Part shown: positions 8,839 to 18,922 of the stretch, in pieces
How the letters are laid out: every line of letters begins with the position of its first letter
Position numbering within the stretch: position 1 is the first letter of the stretch
From: a virus
Taxonomy: Duplodnaviria > Heunggongvirae > Uroviricota > Caudoviricetes
Length of the DNA stretch: 42,420 nucleotides
IMG/VR virus record: IMGVR_UViG_2700989535_000005
Location: 1-42,420 of that record
Reading direction: 5' to 3' (one strand)
Program-made: the position numbers and the translations under genes
The notes under the pieces: generated by a model
Told to the model about the DNA's origin: nothing
What the model saw: only the letters and a program-made list of their open reading frames with translations
The model's database searches: none

Positions 8839-9180
8839 TCAACCATCAACCTTTTTACACGGGAAAGATCCGATGATTTTCGGCGCGTCCATGCTGTTCT
8901 GCAGCAGTTGGACATTCAGGAATCGCGTTTCGGTACTAGGGCGACGAATGTATTCAAAGCCGTAGTTGTTACCGTCTTTGGCAGGCATAAGCCCCATGTC
9001 TACTTTCAAACCATTGGTACCCAGTTCGGTGATTTTTTGAGAGGTAACTCTTTCACCGTTGATAGTCGATAACTCGCCCTGGTTTGCAACCATAGTGTAG
9101 CCACCGCATTTAACCGTGAAGCCATCCGCCCACGCGCTGCACGCAGAAAAGACAGCGAACAGAAAAATAATACCCCTCAT
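8839..9180 (-). CDS. Small secreted protein or lipoprotein (113 aa)
   Basis: Classic N-terminal signal peptide MRGIIFLFAVFSACSAWA (possible lipobox FSAC or signal peptidase I site AWA/DG); start 3 nt after the stop of the upstream hub gene. Confidence 0.65.
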   Translation of the reverse strand: MRGIIFLFAVFSACSAWADGFTVKCGGYTMVANQGELSTINGERVTSQKITELGTNGLKVDMGLMPAKDGNNYGFEYIRRPSTETRFLNVQLLQNSMDAPKIIGSFPCKKVDG

Positions 9181-9183
9181 TGC

Positions 9184-10245
9184 TCATCCCCTTTGCAAAG
9201 CCGATTGCGTATACAGATCCGCCGCGCCACGCGCTTCGCACATCATATCCATGTACCACGCCTGGCCCCTTGTGTCGCCAGTGTACATAATCCCGCGCAC
9301 AATATAAACGCCATCCGTTGCGATGCTGGCAGGCTGCGATGTGGTGCCGCTTAGCGTGATATTTCCATCCGTGTTCTGGTCGGTGATCTGACCACCAGCC
9401 ATCGCAATATCGTTGTTCGACAACGCGGTACGATACACTGAAGCCTGATCCAGCTGAATGAGTCCGTTAACCCGGATGTTCGGATTAATAAGCGCGCGGA
9501 CGTTTACGCCGTTACCGATAGTCTGCTGCGGCATGCCAATAAGCCCGGTAGCGCTGTTGAGCACAATCGCTTCATGAACATATTCGTTATTCGCCACCAT
9601 CTGGCGCTGACCATCCACGAATTGCCATGTTGCGCCACATTGCCCGGCTACGTTATCCATTAGATGCCGCGTCATGCCAAAGAGTACCCGCCCCCGGGGG
9701 AATACAGTAGCAGGCATTTCAGGCGTCAGGCCTTCGGTCGCACCTTTGGCTTCGAAGTCTTTCATCAGCGCACGGTTCACATCAGCGACCGTGTAACCGG
9801 CAGCCAGCGTCTGTGAGGTTATACTGGTGGCAAAAGCCAGATCAGTATCTGCTGCCTGAATCAGGACGTAGGAATCAACCGGACTGTCTTTTCCTGTGAC
9901 CGAGTAGCGAATTTCACCGCTGAAAATCAGTCCGTAGTTGCGGCCATCTCTCTGGCCCACGTCCGCCGCGTCAACTTCCCGCACGGTCCCTACGTCGCTT
10001 GCTGACACCTCCGGCGCGATACCGTCGTAACCGGCAATCAGACGCACTTTCGAAAATTCCTGCCCGGTGATTCGGTTCACAGTATCTGCCGAGAGGTTAT
10101 AAATTTTGATAGTCCCTACCCGGGACGCGCTGCTGATGTTGAACCAGTCGATCGTAAAGGTGACTTTGAAATCACTTAGCTCAATTCCCTGACCGTTCCC
10201 GTCCACAAGCTGCAGCTCGAAATGTCTCATCCAGTTCTGTGACAT
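9184..10245 (-). CDS. Putative baseplate hub / tail protein
   Basis: 353 aa, downstream of the tape measure and two small tail genes; assignment by gene order only. Confidence 0.45.
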   Translation of the reverse strand: MSQNWMRHFELQLVDGNGQGIELSDFKVTFTIDWFNISSASRVGTIKIYNLSADTVNRITGQEFSKVRLIAGYDGIAPEVSASDVGTVREVDAADVGQRDGRNYGLIFSGEIRYSVTGKDSPVDSYVLIQAADTDLAFATSITSQTLAAGYTVADVNRALMKDFEAKGATEGLTPEMPATVFPRGRVLFGMTRHLMDNVAGQCGATWQFVDGQRQMVANNEYVHEAIVLNSATGLIGMPQQTIGNGVNVRALINPNIRVNGLIQLDQASVYRTALSNNDIAMAGGQITDQNTDGNITLSGTTSQPASIATDGVYIVRGIMYTGDTRGQAWYMDMMCEARGAADLYTQSALQRG

Positions 10246-10247
10246 GC

Positions 10248-10550
10248 TTACTCCGTTGATACCAGTAAATGACTGAGGCCGCCCAGATCAGTTTTCGTGG
10301 GATAATCCTGTGTGTTGTCATCGCAGACCACCACCAGCTTAAAACCAAGTCCCATACAGGCGTACTGCGCCAGCAGGTCAGCACCAGTGACGAGAGGAAT
10401 ACCGGAGATTACCGGCTCCCCTCTGTCGTTCTGCAGGTCCATAATCCAGTACAGATCGCGCCATATGATGCTAATCCGCCAGGTAACACCACCCAGGACG
10501 ATGCTGAACTGCTGGTTGTCCGCTGTCAGCGGAATTTCCTGAATTGTCAT
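10248..10550 (-). CDS. Small tail protein
   Basis: 100 aa, coupled within the tail operon. Confidence 0.4.
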   Translation of the reverse strand: MTIQEIPLTADNQQFSIVLGGVTWRISIIWRDLYWIMDLQNDRGEPVISGIPLVTGADLLAQYACMGLGFKLVVVCDDNTQDYPTKTDLGGLSHLLVSTE

Positions 10551-11137
10551 TAGCCGCCCCCCAGTAATGACGCCACGTTACCCGTGATGCTTTTCAGCAG
10601 TGAAGTATCTGGAGGCTTGGTGGTTTTGTTGCCGCTGTTCTGTACCGCCGACGTGCTGGCCCCTTCCTTCATGTTGGTTTTATCCGCGACGGTAATCTGC
10701 TGCGTCCGGGAGATAAGGACCTCCCTCAGGGTGAGGACGGCGGACAGGACGTTTTCGGTTGTCTTGTCCGTCGTCACTTCCAGCGCCCGGATCAACATGT
10801 TGCTGTACAGTCGTTTACCGGTTACCACATCGAAGGGGATACGGCTTTCCTGCAGATCCAGTAGCTCCTGATACGTCTGCTGAGGACTCAGGCCGAGCAG
10901 GCTGGTAGCCGTCAGATTACTGGCAAAATCCAGCAATGCGCCGCCACCGGCGAAACCAACCTCCATCACCACTTCTGACGGTTTTTTATAGGCATGATCA
11001 GCGACAGCGGCCCCAACCTCTACCGGATGCTCTGTTATTTCAAGCATATCTGTATGCTTCTCTGAAATAACAACACTGGGAACAATCATTCCTATTTTTC
11101 TGCTCTGCTGATGAAAAAGTGTAGAGAGAATATCCAC
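10550..11137 (-). CDS. Tail protein
   Basis: 195 aa, start overlaps the tape-measure stop. Confidence 0.4.
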   Translation of the reverse strand: MDILSTLFHQQSRKIGMIVPSVVISEKHTDMLEITEHPVEVGAAVADHAYKKPSEVVMEVGFAGGGALLDFASNLTATSLLGLSPQQTYQELLDLQESRIPFDVVTGKRLYSNMLIRALEVTTDKTTENVLSAVLTLREVLISRTQQITVADKTNMKEGASTSAVQNSGNKTTKPPDTSLLKSITGNVASLLGGG

Positions 11138-13146
11138 TAACCCACCCTCACCTGATTACTTCGCATGACCTGAGCATTTGCAGACTGTTGCCGACGTGCA
11201 ACCTCATTACCGACAGCGTGCGGATCTCCACCACCGTAAATGTGGTAGGTATTTTGCTGGTTAACCTCTGTCATTTTGCCACTAATTCCCGCCACGGCAG
11301 CCTTATTAATCAGCTCTCGAGAATAGATATTTCTTCCATTCTCATGCTGGATAATGCTGCTCATCAATGCTGACATGGTTTGCGGATCGCTCATATTCAG
11401 GGCAGCCCGGGGATCCACTCCCAGTCGTTGCGATACAGCCCTGATATACGCAGTTGTGTTGTTATTATCAGACGCAGGTGCCCAAGTAGAGATAATTTTC
11501 TCCACACTGTTTATTCCCCGTCCGGCGTACAGCATTAACTGACGAGCAAGAGCCCGTAATCCATCAAAAGCAGTTTCAAATCTGGCAAATCGCCCGCCCG
11601 GGCGTTCAAGAGAAGCCCCTGCCTGACCAGCAAAATTAAGGTTTCCCGGATTGTTATTCCGTTCTCCTCGTTTCGTAGCCTGTGCATATTGTTCCGGCTC
11701 ATCATCACCAAACCAGCCGCGTACCGTCCGGCCCACACTGCGGGGATCGAATCCCCAGTGCTCTTTAATCCAGTCGGCAGTACTGTTAGCGCTGTCTGTA
11801 ACCATCGGCATCGCTGACGGATTTTCGCTGCCCTGATTAAGTATCTGTTTGCCGATGATGACGGCATCAGCCCAGCGGCCATCTTTGATAGCGTTGAGCA
11901 GGTCGGCGATCATGTTCAGCATTTTGCTGAATTCGCCCATCTGGTCGATGAAGTTGCTGAAATCCCACTTCAGGGACCATGATTTTGGGTCAATATTGAG
12001 CAGTTTCGCCAGCGCTTTCGCCAGTTCATTAACAGACCCTTTCAGGTCACGAACCATCTTCAGCGCGGCATCGACCTCCGGCTTCCACTTGCCCCAGTCA
12101 ATCAGGCTGTCGCCGCCTTCCTTCCAGGTCTGATAGTCCTCCCACAGAAGGGCAATCCCCGCCGCCAGCGCGGTAATGAGACCAATCGGCGACATCCAGA
12201 ACGTACTGTTCAGAATGCGCAGCGCAATCGTCAGCGCGCCAAACAGCGAGATGAGCTCCCGCGTTTGCTTATCCAGCGATTGCCACCAGGTGATAAGGCT
12301 GGATGTTCCCTCAATTAGCCTGAAGAACAGCCGCCCGATGATGTCTCCGATCGCCAGAATGCCTTTTATGGCTTTCGTCAGGGTCTGCTCGATACGAGGG
12401 AAGTTGTCCAGGATATGGCGGCGCAGGGTGTCCAGCGAACCCGCAAGCCCACCCGCAAGATTAGAGCCGATTTTGTCACGGGCCATGCCTGCCATCGCGC
12501 CGAACTCGCGCAGGGAGGTCATGAATTTGTTGGAGCTTCTGGCCGCCTCGTCAGCATTGAAGCCGATAGCTTTCGCCATTGCGCTGTACTGCCCGGAGAA
12601 CCCCCCCACACCCCGGCGCATCGCCATAAGGGTATTTTCGTCAATGCCCAGCATCTGCGCATACTGGTTAGCCCGGTAATACGGCATGCTGCTGAGCTTC
12701 TGGCCGACGCCCGTAAAGATAGCGGCCATGTCGCGCATGTTACCGCTGGCGTCACGGGTCTGTACCCCCAGACGATTCAGAAATCCCTCCGCCCCGGGGT
12801 TATTACGGATAAAACGGGCAAGGCTCTCCAGTGACCCGCGCGCAGCGTCCACGCTGCCGCCAACCTGCGAAACCGCATAGCCAATAGACTGAATTCCCTG
12901 GACTGTCGCGCCGGTGCGCTGTGACGCCCAGTAAAGATTATCCAGGCCGGAGGCGATCTTAGCCGTGAAGGCCACCACGGACAGCGCAGCTCCTTCAACG
13001 GCCAGTCCCATTTTGATGACATTTGCAGTTGTACCGGCGAGGACAGAACCGAACTTTTTCGCTCCTGCATCATCCACACTGAAGCCAAGCGAGACGAGGA
13101 AATCTTTAATAGTTTCAGCGTTCATTATCCTCTCTCCATTTCTCAA
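11137..13146 (-). CDS. Tail tape measure protein
   Basis: 669 aa, largest tail gene, Ala/Gly-rich helical protein immediately after the frameshifted chaperone; an alternative ATG lies 7 codons downstream. Confidence 0.8.
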   Translation of the reverse strand: MRNGERIMNAETIKDFLVSLGFSVDDAGAKKFGSVLAGTTANVIKMGLAVEGAALSVVAFTAKIASGLDNLYWASQRTGATVQGIQSIGYAVSQVGGSVDAARGSLESLARFIRNNPGAEGFLNRLGVQTRDASGNMRDMAAIFTGVGQKLSSMPYYRANQYAQMLGIDENTLMAMRRGVGGFSGQYSAMAKAIGFNADEAARSSNKFMTSLREFGAMAGMARDKIGSNLAGGLAGSLDTLRRHILDNFPRIEQTLTKAIKGILAIGDIIGRLFFRLIEGTSSLITWWQSLDKQTRELISLFGALTIALRILNSTFWMSPIGLITALAAGIALLWEDYQTWKEGGDSLIDWGKWKPEVDAALKMVRDLKGSVNELAKALAKLLNIDPKSWSLKWDFSNFIDQMGEFSKMLNMIADLLNAIKDGRWADAVIIGKQILNQGSENPSAMPMVTDSANSTADWIKEHWGFDPRSVGRTVRGWFGDDEPEQYAQATKRGERNNNPGNLNFAGQAGASLERPGGRFARFETAFDGLRALARQLMLYAGRGINSVEKIISTWAPASDNNNTTAYIRAVSQRLGVDPRAALNMSDPQTMSALMSSIIQHENGRNIYSRELINKAAVAGISGKMTEVNQQNTYHIYGGGDPHAVGNEVARRQQSANAQVMRSNQVRVG

Positions 13147-13354
13147 TGCGCCGCTGGTTATCCGCTTTTACCGCCAGATGGTCATTCAAGAGAGCAATGT
13201 CATACAAATCGACAGAGCCATCTTTAAGTGCTGTATAGGGAATTAACCCGGCGTCAACCGGATTGAGAAGGTAGGACAGCCCGTCCGGCAGGCTGTTAAA
13301 CGTCAGCCCTGTTGCAGGCTCTGCGTCGTGCTGGTAAGGGGTGTAGGCAAAAAA
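13115..13354 (-). other. -1 programmed frameshift extension of the tail assembly chaperone
   Basis: Slippery heptamer T_TTT_TTG at 13354..13348 (minus strand) in the chaperone frame; the -1 frame stays open, with no Met codon, for about 75 codons to a TGA at 13117..13115 overlapping the tape-measure start. Confidence 0.6.
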
Positions 13355-13755
13355 TTTCCCAGCGAATCGGCGACCACCCGCGCCACCAGATGAAGCATGA
13401 CCAGCAAGTCAATATCATCAAACATCAGTTCGCCCTGGGTAAATACCGGAACCCATCCGTCCATATGACGCCGCGACACCACCGCAAGACAGGGATGAAT
13501 AATCGCATCGGTGTCATCTTCGGTCAGGGAAGACAGTTCCTCAGCGATACGCGGGAGCATGGTTTCAAACACCGGTTTTAACTGCTCGAATTTCACGGTG
13601 TCGATTTTGCCGTCAGCAGGCAAACGGGAGCGAATGCTCCCGAAATCTGACATCATTCCCGCCAGTACCGGCAGAAGTTTGCGGGTCACTTTCAGCTGGT
13701 CAAAAACGCTGAGTTTTGCCACGCGATATTTCACGCCTTTGATTTCGAATTCCAT
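13303..13755 (-). CDS. Tail assembly chaperone
   Basis: 150 aa between the tube and tape-measure genes with a downstream -1 frameshift window. Confidence 0.65.
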   Translation of the reverse strand: MEFEIKGVKYRVAKLSVFDQLKVTRKLLPVLAGMMSDFGSIRSRLPADGKIDTVKFEQLKPVFETMLPRIAEELSSLTEDDTDAIIHPCLAVVSRRHMDGWVPVFTQGELMFDDIDLLVMLHLVARVVADSLGNFLPTPLTSTTQSLQQG

Positions 13756-13758
13756 GTA

Positions 13759-14199
13759 TTAAAACTCCCCGAGAACCTGGTCAATCTTGCCGCAGTCAAA
13801 CACCCACGGCATCGTATTACCGGTTTTAGCGTTGGCATTATCCGGTTGTTTCTGGAACGCAACACTACGTGCCGTGATGATGTCGCCGCTGACCTTGTTT
13901 CGGATCACAATAACGTTATTCCCCCATGTGGCAGAAGACTGGCTCTGTGCGTTATACGCCAGCGACAATTTTTTATTTGTCGGTGATGTCTTCAGAAGGT
14001 TAACGGTAATCGTCCCGCTTTTATCTGCATGGAGACTGTGCATCACTTCGCCATCAGCACCGATGGTCATGGTGTTTTTAGGGCCGCCCATCGCAACCAC
14101 AATCCCCTCTTCAGAACTTGCAGAACCGTACCCGAGGTCAATCGAACCGGTCGGCCCGGTCAGCGTCGCAGTGACATCCATAAAAGAATAGGTAGACAT
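13759..14199 (-). CDS. Tail tube protein (contractile-tail type)
   Basis: 146 aa directly after the sheath-like gene; gene order sheath-tube-chaperone-tape measure. Confidence 0.55.
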   Translation of the reverse strand: MSTYSFMDVTATLTGPTGSIDLGYGSASSEEGIVVAMGGPKNTMTIGADGEVMHSLHADKSGTITVNLLKTSPTNKKLSLAYNAQSQSSATWGNNVIVIRNKVSGDIITARSVAFQKQPDNANAKTGNTMPWVFDCGKIDQVLGEF

Positions 14200-14209
14200 T
14201 CACTTCCCC

Positions 14210-15355
14210 TTAGCGAACAACGTTAATCTGTACGTCAGCGTAATGAACCGCGCCTGCAAGTTTTATTGCAGCCTGAATCACCGGAGCCTTACGGGCTTCA
14301 CGTTCTGATTGTGCCTGTTCATCCAGCGGCTGGGCGTATACGTAATAACCTTTGGGTAGTGTGTCACCTGATGACAACTGACCAAGGTCGCCCCCGTTCC
14401 ATACGCCCGGAGCAATCAGTCCATTCTGAACGGCCTGATCCAGTGATTTTTCAACATTTGATAACAGTCGGGTAATACCGGCTTCAGTCTGGGGAACTTT
14501 CGTGGTGCTGGTATAAAGCAGGTTATAGAGGTTGGTCTGCACATAACTCTGTAACCAGTCCAGGCCGTGGCGTTCATCAAAGAAATCACCGTTGGTCATC
14601 ACTCCCTGCTGGAGGATAGCTGTATCATTCTGGTAGTACACGAATACATTGCAGTTTTTTGCATCAAGTGCCGATGCCTGGCTGACTGTCAGTGTTTCAT
14701 ACCCGACACCCGGCTCCTGCTTAAACTTGAGCGTAATCGCGGTATTACTGCCATTAAAATTAACCGTGAACGCCCGGCCAAATGCAGATAACGCAGCGTA
14801 TTTATTACCCGATGAATACTGAATAAAACTGCGTGAATATCCGGCGGTTTTCAGTTTTGATGCCAAATCATCGCTGGATGCAGTCTGCAGGCATTTCTCA
14901 TCGCTTGTCGTAATCGCCAGAATACGGCTTACAGAAGAGGATTCGATCGCCGCAGCCACTTTCAGCCAGTCTGCATCCGGAATATCTGCATCGTCTGCAA
15001 TCCCCAGCCCATACCATGAAGTATAATCAAGCATGGCATTCACAGCCTGCTCCAGCGTCTCAGGCGTGGCCTGTTCGCTGTCTCCCTTCGTTTTCACCCA
15101 ACGACCAACAAAAACCTCCTGAGGTTTCGGTGATTGTGAGAAAAACACCTGCGCAGCCTTATATTCTGGTGATTCCACGCCAAAATCTTTTCCAATATCT
15201 TCCGCGGCAGAATAACGGCGAATGCGCTCACTTACCGGAATGATTGTGGACGGGCCGAGAATGAGTAATGCACCAAAATTTCGCCCTGATGCTGCACGCG
15301 GCGACATGATCACATCAACATTAACAACGTTTGATACAGGCAAGCCCTGTGCCAT
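14210..15355 (-). CDS. Tail sheath-like protein
   Basis: 381 aa preceding the tube gene; assignment by order and size. Confidence 0.5.
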   Translation of the reverse strand: MAQGLPVSNVVNVDVIMSPRAASGRNFGALLILGPSTIIPVSERIRRYSAAEDIGKDFGVESPEYKAAQVFFSQSPKPQEVFVGRWVKTKGDSEQATPETLEQAVNAMLDYTSWYGLGIADDADIPDADWLKVAAAIESSSVSRILAITTSDEKCLQTASSDDLASKLKTAGYSRSFIQYSSGNKYAALSAFGRAFTVNFNGSNTAITLKFKQEPGVGYETLTVSQASALDAKNCNVFVYYQNDTAILQQGVMTNGDFFDERHGLDWLQSYVQTNLYNLLYTSTTKVPQTEAGITRLLSNVEKSLDQAVQNGLIAPGVWNGGDLGQLSSGDTLPKGYYVYAQPLDEQAQSEREARKAPVIQAAIKLAGAVHYADVQINVVR

Positions 15356-15358
15356 AGC

Positions 15359-15967
15359 TTAATCTCCGAAAAAGATGACTGGTGCTTCCACCAGCGATTT
15401 AATACCGTACTCGCGCACAACCTTCCGGCGCAGACGCACCGTCATATCGTAGCGGCGGACCCATTGCTGATTAATAAGTTCAGGGAAGGGAGTCAGACCT
15501 GTGTAATCGCCAAGAGACAGCCCCAGCGCATTCAGTGCTGCGTTGTTCTGCGGTACAGATATACCGTCACGAAACCGGGACGCATACACCATCCCCGCCG
15601 GACCATAAAACGAAGCCATACACTCAATCGTTTCATGCCGCCAGAGCTGAGAGCCATCATCGGTCTGTCTGGTGAATGCCGGACTGTCATCACCTGACCA
15701 TCCGATAACCCCAAACGCACACCAGTTCGTTTCAGCCGGTAGCAGTGGCGGTTGCTCTTTCTGCCAGCGCGGACGAACCATCCCGGCAGACAGACCGGAA
15801 ACGTTACGCATCCACTGGCTTAACAGCCTGTCGAGCGCTTCGTCATAATCCGGTTCGCCACTGGTTGGTATCAGCCATCCGCGCTCTGTGCTGGTGTTAT
15901 TGCTCAACCGGAATTCCCCCATCAAACGGCAGCAACTCACAATGCGCCTGAACGAATCCGGCACCAT
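15359..15967 (-). CDS. Tail completion / neck protein
   Basis: 202 aa ORF; real start probably the internal Met at 15922. Confidence 0.4.
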   Translation of the reverse strand: MVPDSFRRIVSCCRLMGEFRLSNNTSTERGWLIPTSGEPDYDEALDRLLSQWMRNVSGLSAGMVRPRWQKEQPPLLPAETNWCAFGVIGWSGDDSPAFTRQTDDGSQLWRHETIECMASFYGPAGMVYASRFRDGISVPQNNAALNALGLSLGDYTGLTPFPELINQQWVRRYDMTVRLRRKVVREYGIKSLVEAPVIFFGD

Positions 15968-16286
15968 ACGCTGTATACGGGTCGACGAAAGTCACACGAT
16001 AATCACGGCCCTGATACGTCACGATATCGGCATCACGGCCAGTCTGCCCCTGCGTCAGTCGCTCAGTCGTCACAATCAGAATTGCACCACTGATTACCTG
16101 CCCGGCCTGCATACGACGGTTTTCCAGAGAGCGATCAACAGTAACGACTCCGGCAAACTGCTTTTTAACTTCGCTGTCGCTGCCGATCCCGTCCTCATCC
16201 ACCGTTTGCACACGGCGTGTTACCCACAAATTGAAGTCGCAAAAATCGGGGTCAAAAAGCACATCTGTTACATCAAGAGTCGGCAT
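15897..16286 (-). CDS. Head-tail joining protein
   Basis: 129 aa in the connector region. Confidence 0.4.
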   Translation of the reverse strand: MPTLDVTDVLFDPDFCDFNLWVTRRVQTVDEDGIGSDSEVKKQFAGVVTVDRSLENRRMQAGQVISGAILIVTTERLTQGQTGRDADIVTYQGRDYRVTFVDPYTAYGAGFVQAHCELLPFDGGIPVEQ

Positions 16287-16827
16287 CTTTATCCCTCACA
16301 ACATGGGTAATCGCTCTGCGATATTGCCCGGTATCAATTAATGGTTTCGCCAGATCGGTTCCGGGAGATTCGCCAGCAGCACGCCGGGCAAGTTCCAGTG
16401 TTGCCCCCTTGCGCCCCCGACGAGCCCGGGCTTCAACAGTGCTGTCAGCAAGCGGCGTAAAGCTGGTAATGGTCATGTAACGCCTGACGCCATTAACGGC
16501 CAGCGTTCCGGCACGGTTGAGTGCGCTTTCTGCTCCCGCAGCATTACCATCCAGTGCAGCCTGCGCCGCGGCTTTGAGCTGCGGCACCGTCTGCTCTTCT
16601 GCCGATTTAACGCCGGGGACCAGGTGAGGTCGTGGCGGGATGTTCTGCTCTGGTGAGCCGTATTCGTTGAGGTAACCGATGCCCGCATTACCAAACGGAA
16701 CATCATCCCGTTCGCTGTCTTCCGAAGGGATGCCGACCAGCACATCTTTTTTGGTTAACGACCTGAGCGCATCCAGAATGGCCTTAGCGTTATCCACCCT
16801 CGTGGTTACACCGCTTTTGAAACTCAT
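16273..16827 (-). CDS. Head-tail connector / neck protein
   Basis: 184 aa, coupled in the late operon. Confidence 0.4.
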   Translation of the reverse strand: MSFKSGVTTRVDNAKAILDALRSLTKKDVLVGIPSEDSERDDVPFGNAGIGYLNEYGSPEQNIPPRPHLVPGVKSAEEQTVPQLKAAAQAALDGNAAGAESALNRAGTLAVNGVRRYMTITSFTPLADSTVEARARRGRKGATLELARRAAGESPGTDLAKPLIDTGQYRRAITHVVRDKDADS

Positions 16828-17231
16828 AGCTGGCGACCGCCTGCACCGAACATCGTGATCAACTGATAAAATTCAGCGCCATATCGGGTGTTATTCCAGA
16901 AACCTGCATCAGGATTCAGCGTCGCGCTGGTGTCATAACTGACGCTTACCTTATCCACGGACTTTGAGGACTGAACACCATTGGTTGAACCGCCCGAACC
17001 ACCAGCCAGCATCGCCTGGCTGTCTGCCGCCCAGAGCGTCATGTAGTGCGCAACGAACAACCCGGCAAAGTACGGAAACAACTTTTTGCCGGTGACGTTT
17101 TCGCTCAGCAGTTCATCGGCCAGATTCAGACGAAACTGGATTTGCGCTTCGGGATATTTGGCAGGGTCAGCAAACTGCGGGAAGTCGCGGCGAAAATCAC
17201 TTACCGCTGGCAGACTTTGATTCTTTGGCAT
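16824..17231 (-). CDS. Head-tail adaptor protein
   Basis: 135 aa downstream of the capsid gene. Confidence 0.4.
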   Translation of the reverse strand: MPKNQSLPAVSDFRRDFPQFADPAKYPEAQIQFRLNLADELLSENVTGKKLFPYFAGLFVAHYMTLWAADSQAMLAGGSGGSTNGVQSSKSVDKVSVSYDTSATLNPDAGFWNNTRYGAEFYQLITMFGAGGRQL

Positions 17232-17418
17232 TTTTTACCTCGTTACGCGCGTCTGTGGCTTTGCCAACGGATACTTCCGCGTGCGCACGAGTGAACCAGT
17301 GCGTGGCAACGTCTTCCTCCACAGCATGACGGCCTTTAACAAACTCGCGCCGAGAACCGTCGGGAAGCGTGAGCACAAACGGGGTATGTACGTGTATTAC
17401 TGCATTATTTTTTGCCAT
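17197..17418 (-). CDS. Small virion-associated protein
   Basis: 73 aa ORF after the capsid gene. Confidence 0.35.
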   Translation of the reverse strand: MAKNNAVIHVHTPFVLTLPDGSRREFVKGRHAVEEDVATHWFTRAHAEVSVGKATDARNEVKNAKESKSASGK

Positions 17419-17459
17419 CGGGTCATCCTTAATGGCCCCGCCAGGGGGCCATGTGGCTG

Positions 17460-18401
17460 TTAAATGCCATCAACGTACGAAATGGTTTCTTTGTACACTG
17501 GCTCAACCGCACCCAGCTTGCCGTAGTAAGTGACGATCTGATACAGACCGCGATACTGCACCGGCACGCTCTGAAGCGGAACCAGCGGGTAGCGGACGTA
17601 TTTTTTATCGTTGGTGTACGCAACCATGCGATCCTTTTTCCCCACACCACGGCCTTTCAGCCATTTAACCGCGCGGATATTCAGCGGAACACCGTTCTGG
17701 TGATAGCTGATGGTGTTGGTCTGAAGATACGTCAACAGGGACTGGTTACCCGCAGATGAAACGATGATGCTGGACAACAGAGCAAACTGCTCAGGCGGGA
17801 TCAGCAAATCACGCGGAACCACAGAGTAACCGGAAGCGGCCCACGCATCAGACAGCGCCTGGTTAATGCTTGCGCGGATTTCGTCCGGTGTTGAGGTTGC
17901 CCACGTTTTGGCAGCGTTGTTGACAGGAACACCGTTCAGGGTAACAAGGCCTTTCAGGTTTAATGCGGAATCGCCAACATACACCTGTTCATCGTTATCC
18001 ATCTGCCATTTCAGTTGCATCCCGTCATACTTCTGCGTATCGATCGGGCGTCCGACCTGCTGAGCAGCCTGCAATTCTATGACCGTCCAGCCAAGTTCCA
18101 TCCCCCACAGGTTCAGCGGGTTACCGGATTTGCCGATATCCACGTTTACGCCAGCAATAGCGGTTGAGTCTTTGCCTACCCAGTTTTTGCCATTCGGATT
18201 TGCACCAGTACCCGCAGCGGCGAAGCTGGTATTCGTCCAGCTGGAAATGTCATCTGCGATAGAGACATCTTCACGCAACTGAATATCGCGGGTCCAGGTG
18301 TACCCCACCAGTGGCAGGTTCAGCGTCTGGTCGAGTCGCTCCAGCTCCCCGATGAGAAAGGCACCAGAGCTGTCAACGGTTGCCTGATCAAAAGTAATCA
18401 T
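17460..18401 (-). CDS. Major capsid protein
   Basis: 313 aa, downstream of the scaffold/decoration genes and upstream of the connector genes; assignment by order and size. Confidence 0.6.
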   Translation of the reverse strand: MITFDQATVDSSGAFLIGELERLDQTLNLPLVGYTWTRDIQLREDVSIADDISSWTNTSFAAAGTGANPNGKNWVGKDSTAIAGVNVDIGKSGNPLNLWGMELGWTVIELQAAQQVGRPIDTQKYDGMQLKWQMDNDEQVYVGDSALNLKGLVTLNGVPVNNAAKTWATSTPDEIRASINQALSDAWAASGYSVVPRDLLIPPEQFALLSSIIVSSAGNQSLLTYLQTNTISYHQNGVPLNIRAVKWLKGRGVGKKDRMVAYTNDKKYVRYPLVPLQSVPVQYRGLYQIVTYYGKLGAVEPVYKETISYVDGI

Positions 18402-18412
18402 TCGTCTGTTCC

Positions 18413-18919
18413 TTAAATCTTCCAGGAAATTTCTGCATTGCCGTTAGCATCACCGGCACCTGTGAATTCAGCGTTGGTCAGCACCACGTTTTTGCCACTG
18501 ACTGACGTGGACATGAATCCACCCAGCGGCACTTTGATGGATTCATCAGTGGAGACGACAACGTATACCGGGTCGCCTTTTTTGATGGTGCTGGCATCAA
18601 AATCAGAACCGAGATTAACGGTCACGTAGCCACGCTTCATGGCGTCGCCCGGGAAGTTCTTGCCACTCCCCACCTGGCGAACCATGTCCGGCTGCGAAGT
18701 GGTCGGATAAGGGCGCACGTAGATCCCCTTCACCTTGTCTGCGGTATCACCATCAGCCAGCGGCACGAAAAAACCGTCATCATCGTATTTACCAGCCAGG
18801 CCATAGGCAGCAAAGGCGTTATCGGATTTAAGGACCACCGGTTCGACGGTTAAGTCCTGCGGGCGAGAAACAGCCCCGGCAATGCCAACAGGCATCCGGT
18901 ACAGAAATACATTATTCAT
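18413..18919 (-). CDS. Head decoration / structural protein
   Basis: 168 aa immediately upstream of the capsid gene. Confidence 0.4.
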   Translation of the reverse strand: MNNVFLYRMPVGIAGAVSRPQDLTVEPVVLKSDNAFAAYGLAGKYDDDGFFVPLADGDTADKVKGIYVRPYPTTSQPDMVRQVGSGKNFPGDAMKRGYVTVNLGSDFDASTIKKGDPVYVVVSTDESIKVPLGGFMSTSVSGKNVVLTNAEFTGAGDANGNAEISWKI

Positions 18920-18922
18920 TTT

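Noticed and set aside
8503-9072. 189-aa plus-strand ORF
   Set aside because: Lies antisense across the secreted-protein gene and the start of the 256-aa gene, with no ribosome-binding site; the minus-strand genes have signal-peptide, coupling and terminator support, so this is treated as a shadow ORF.
12176-12834. Several plus-strand ORFs (167, 139 and 64 aa) and other short ORFs across 11188..13246
   Set aside because: All lie inside and antisense to, or out of frame with, the 669-aa tape-measure gene; GC-rich codon bias creates long shadow frames.
17421-17436. GGCCCC gcca GGGGCC hairpin after the major capsid gene
   Set aside because: Perfect 6-bp stem but no U-run on either strand; may be an RNA-stability element rather than a terminator, so not called.
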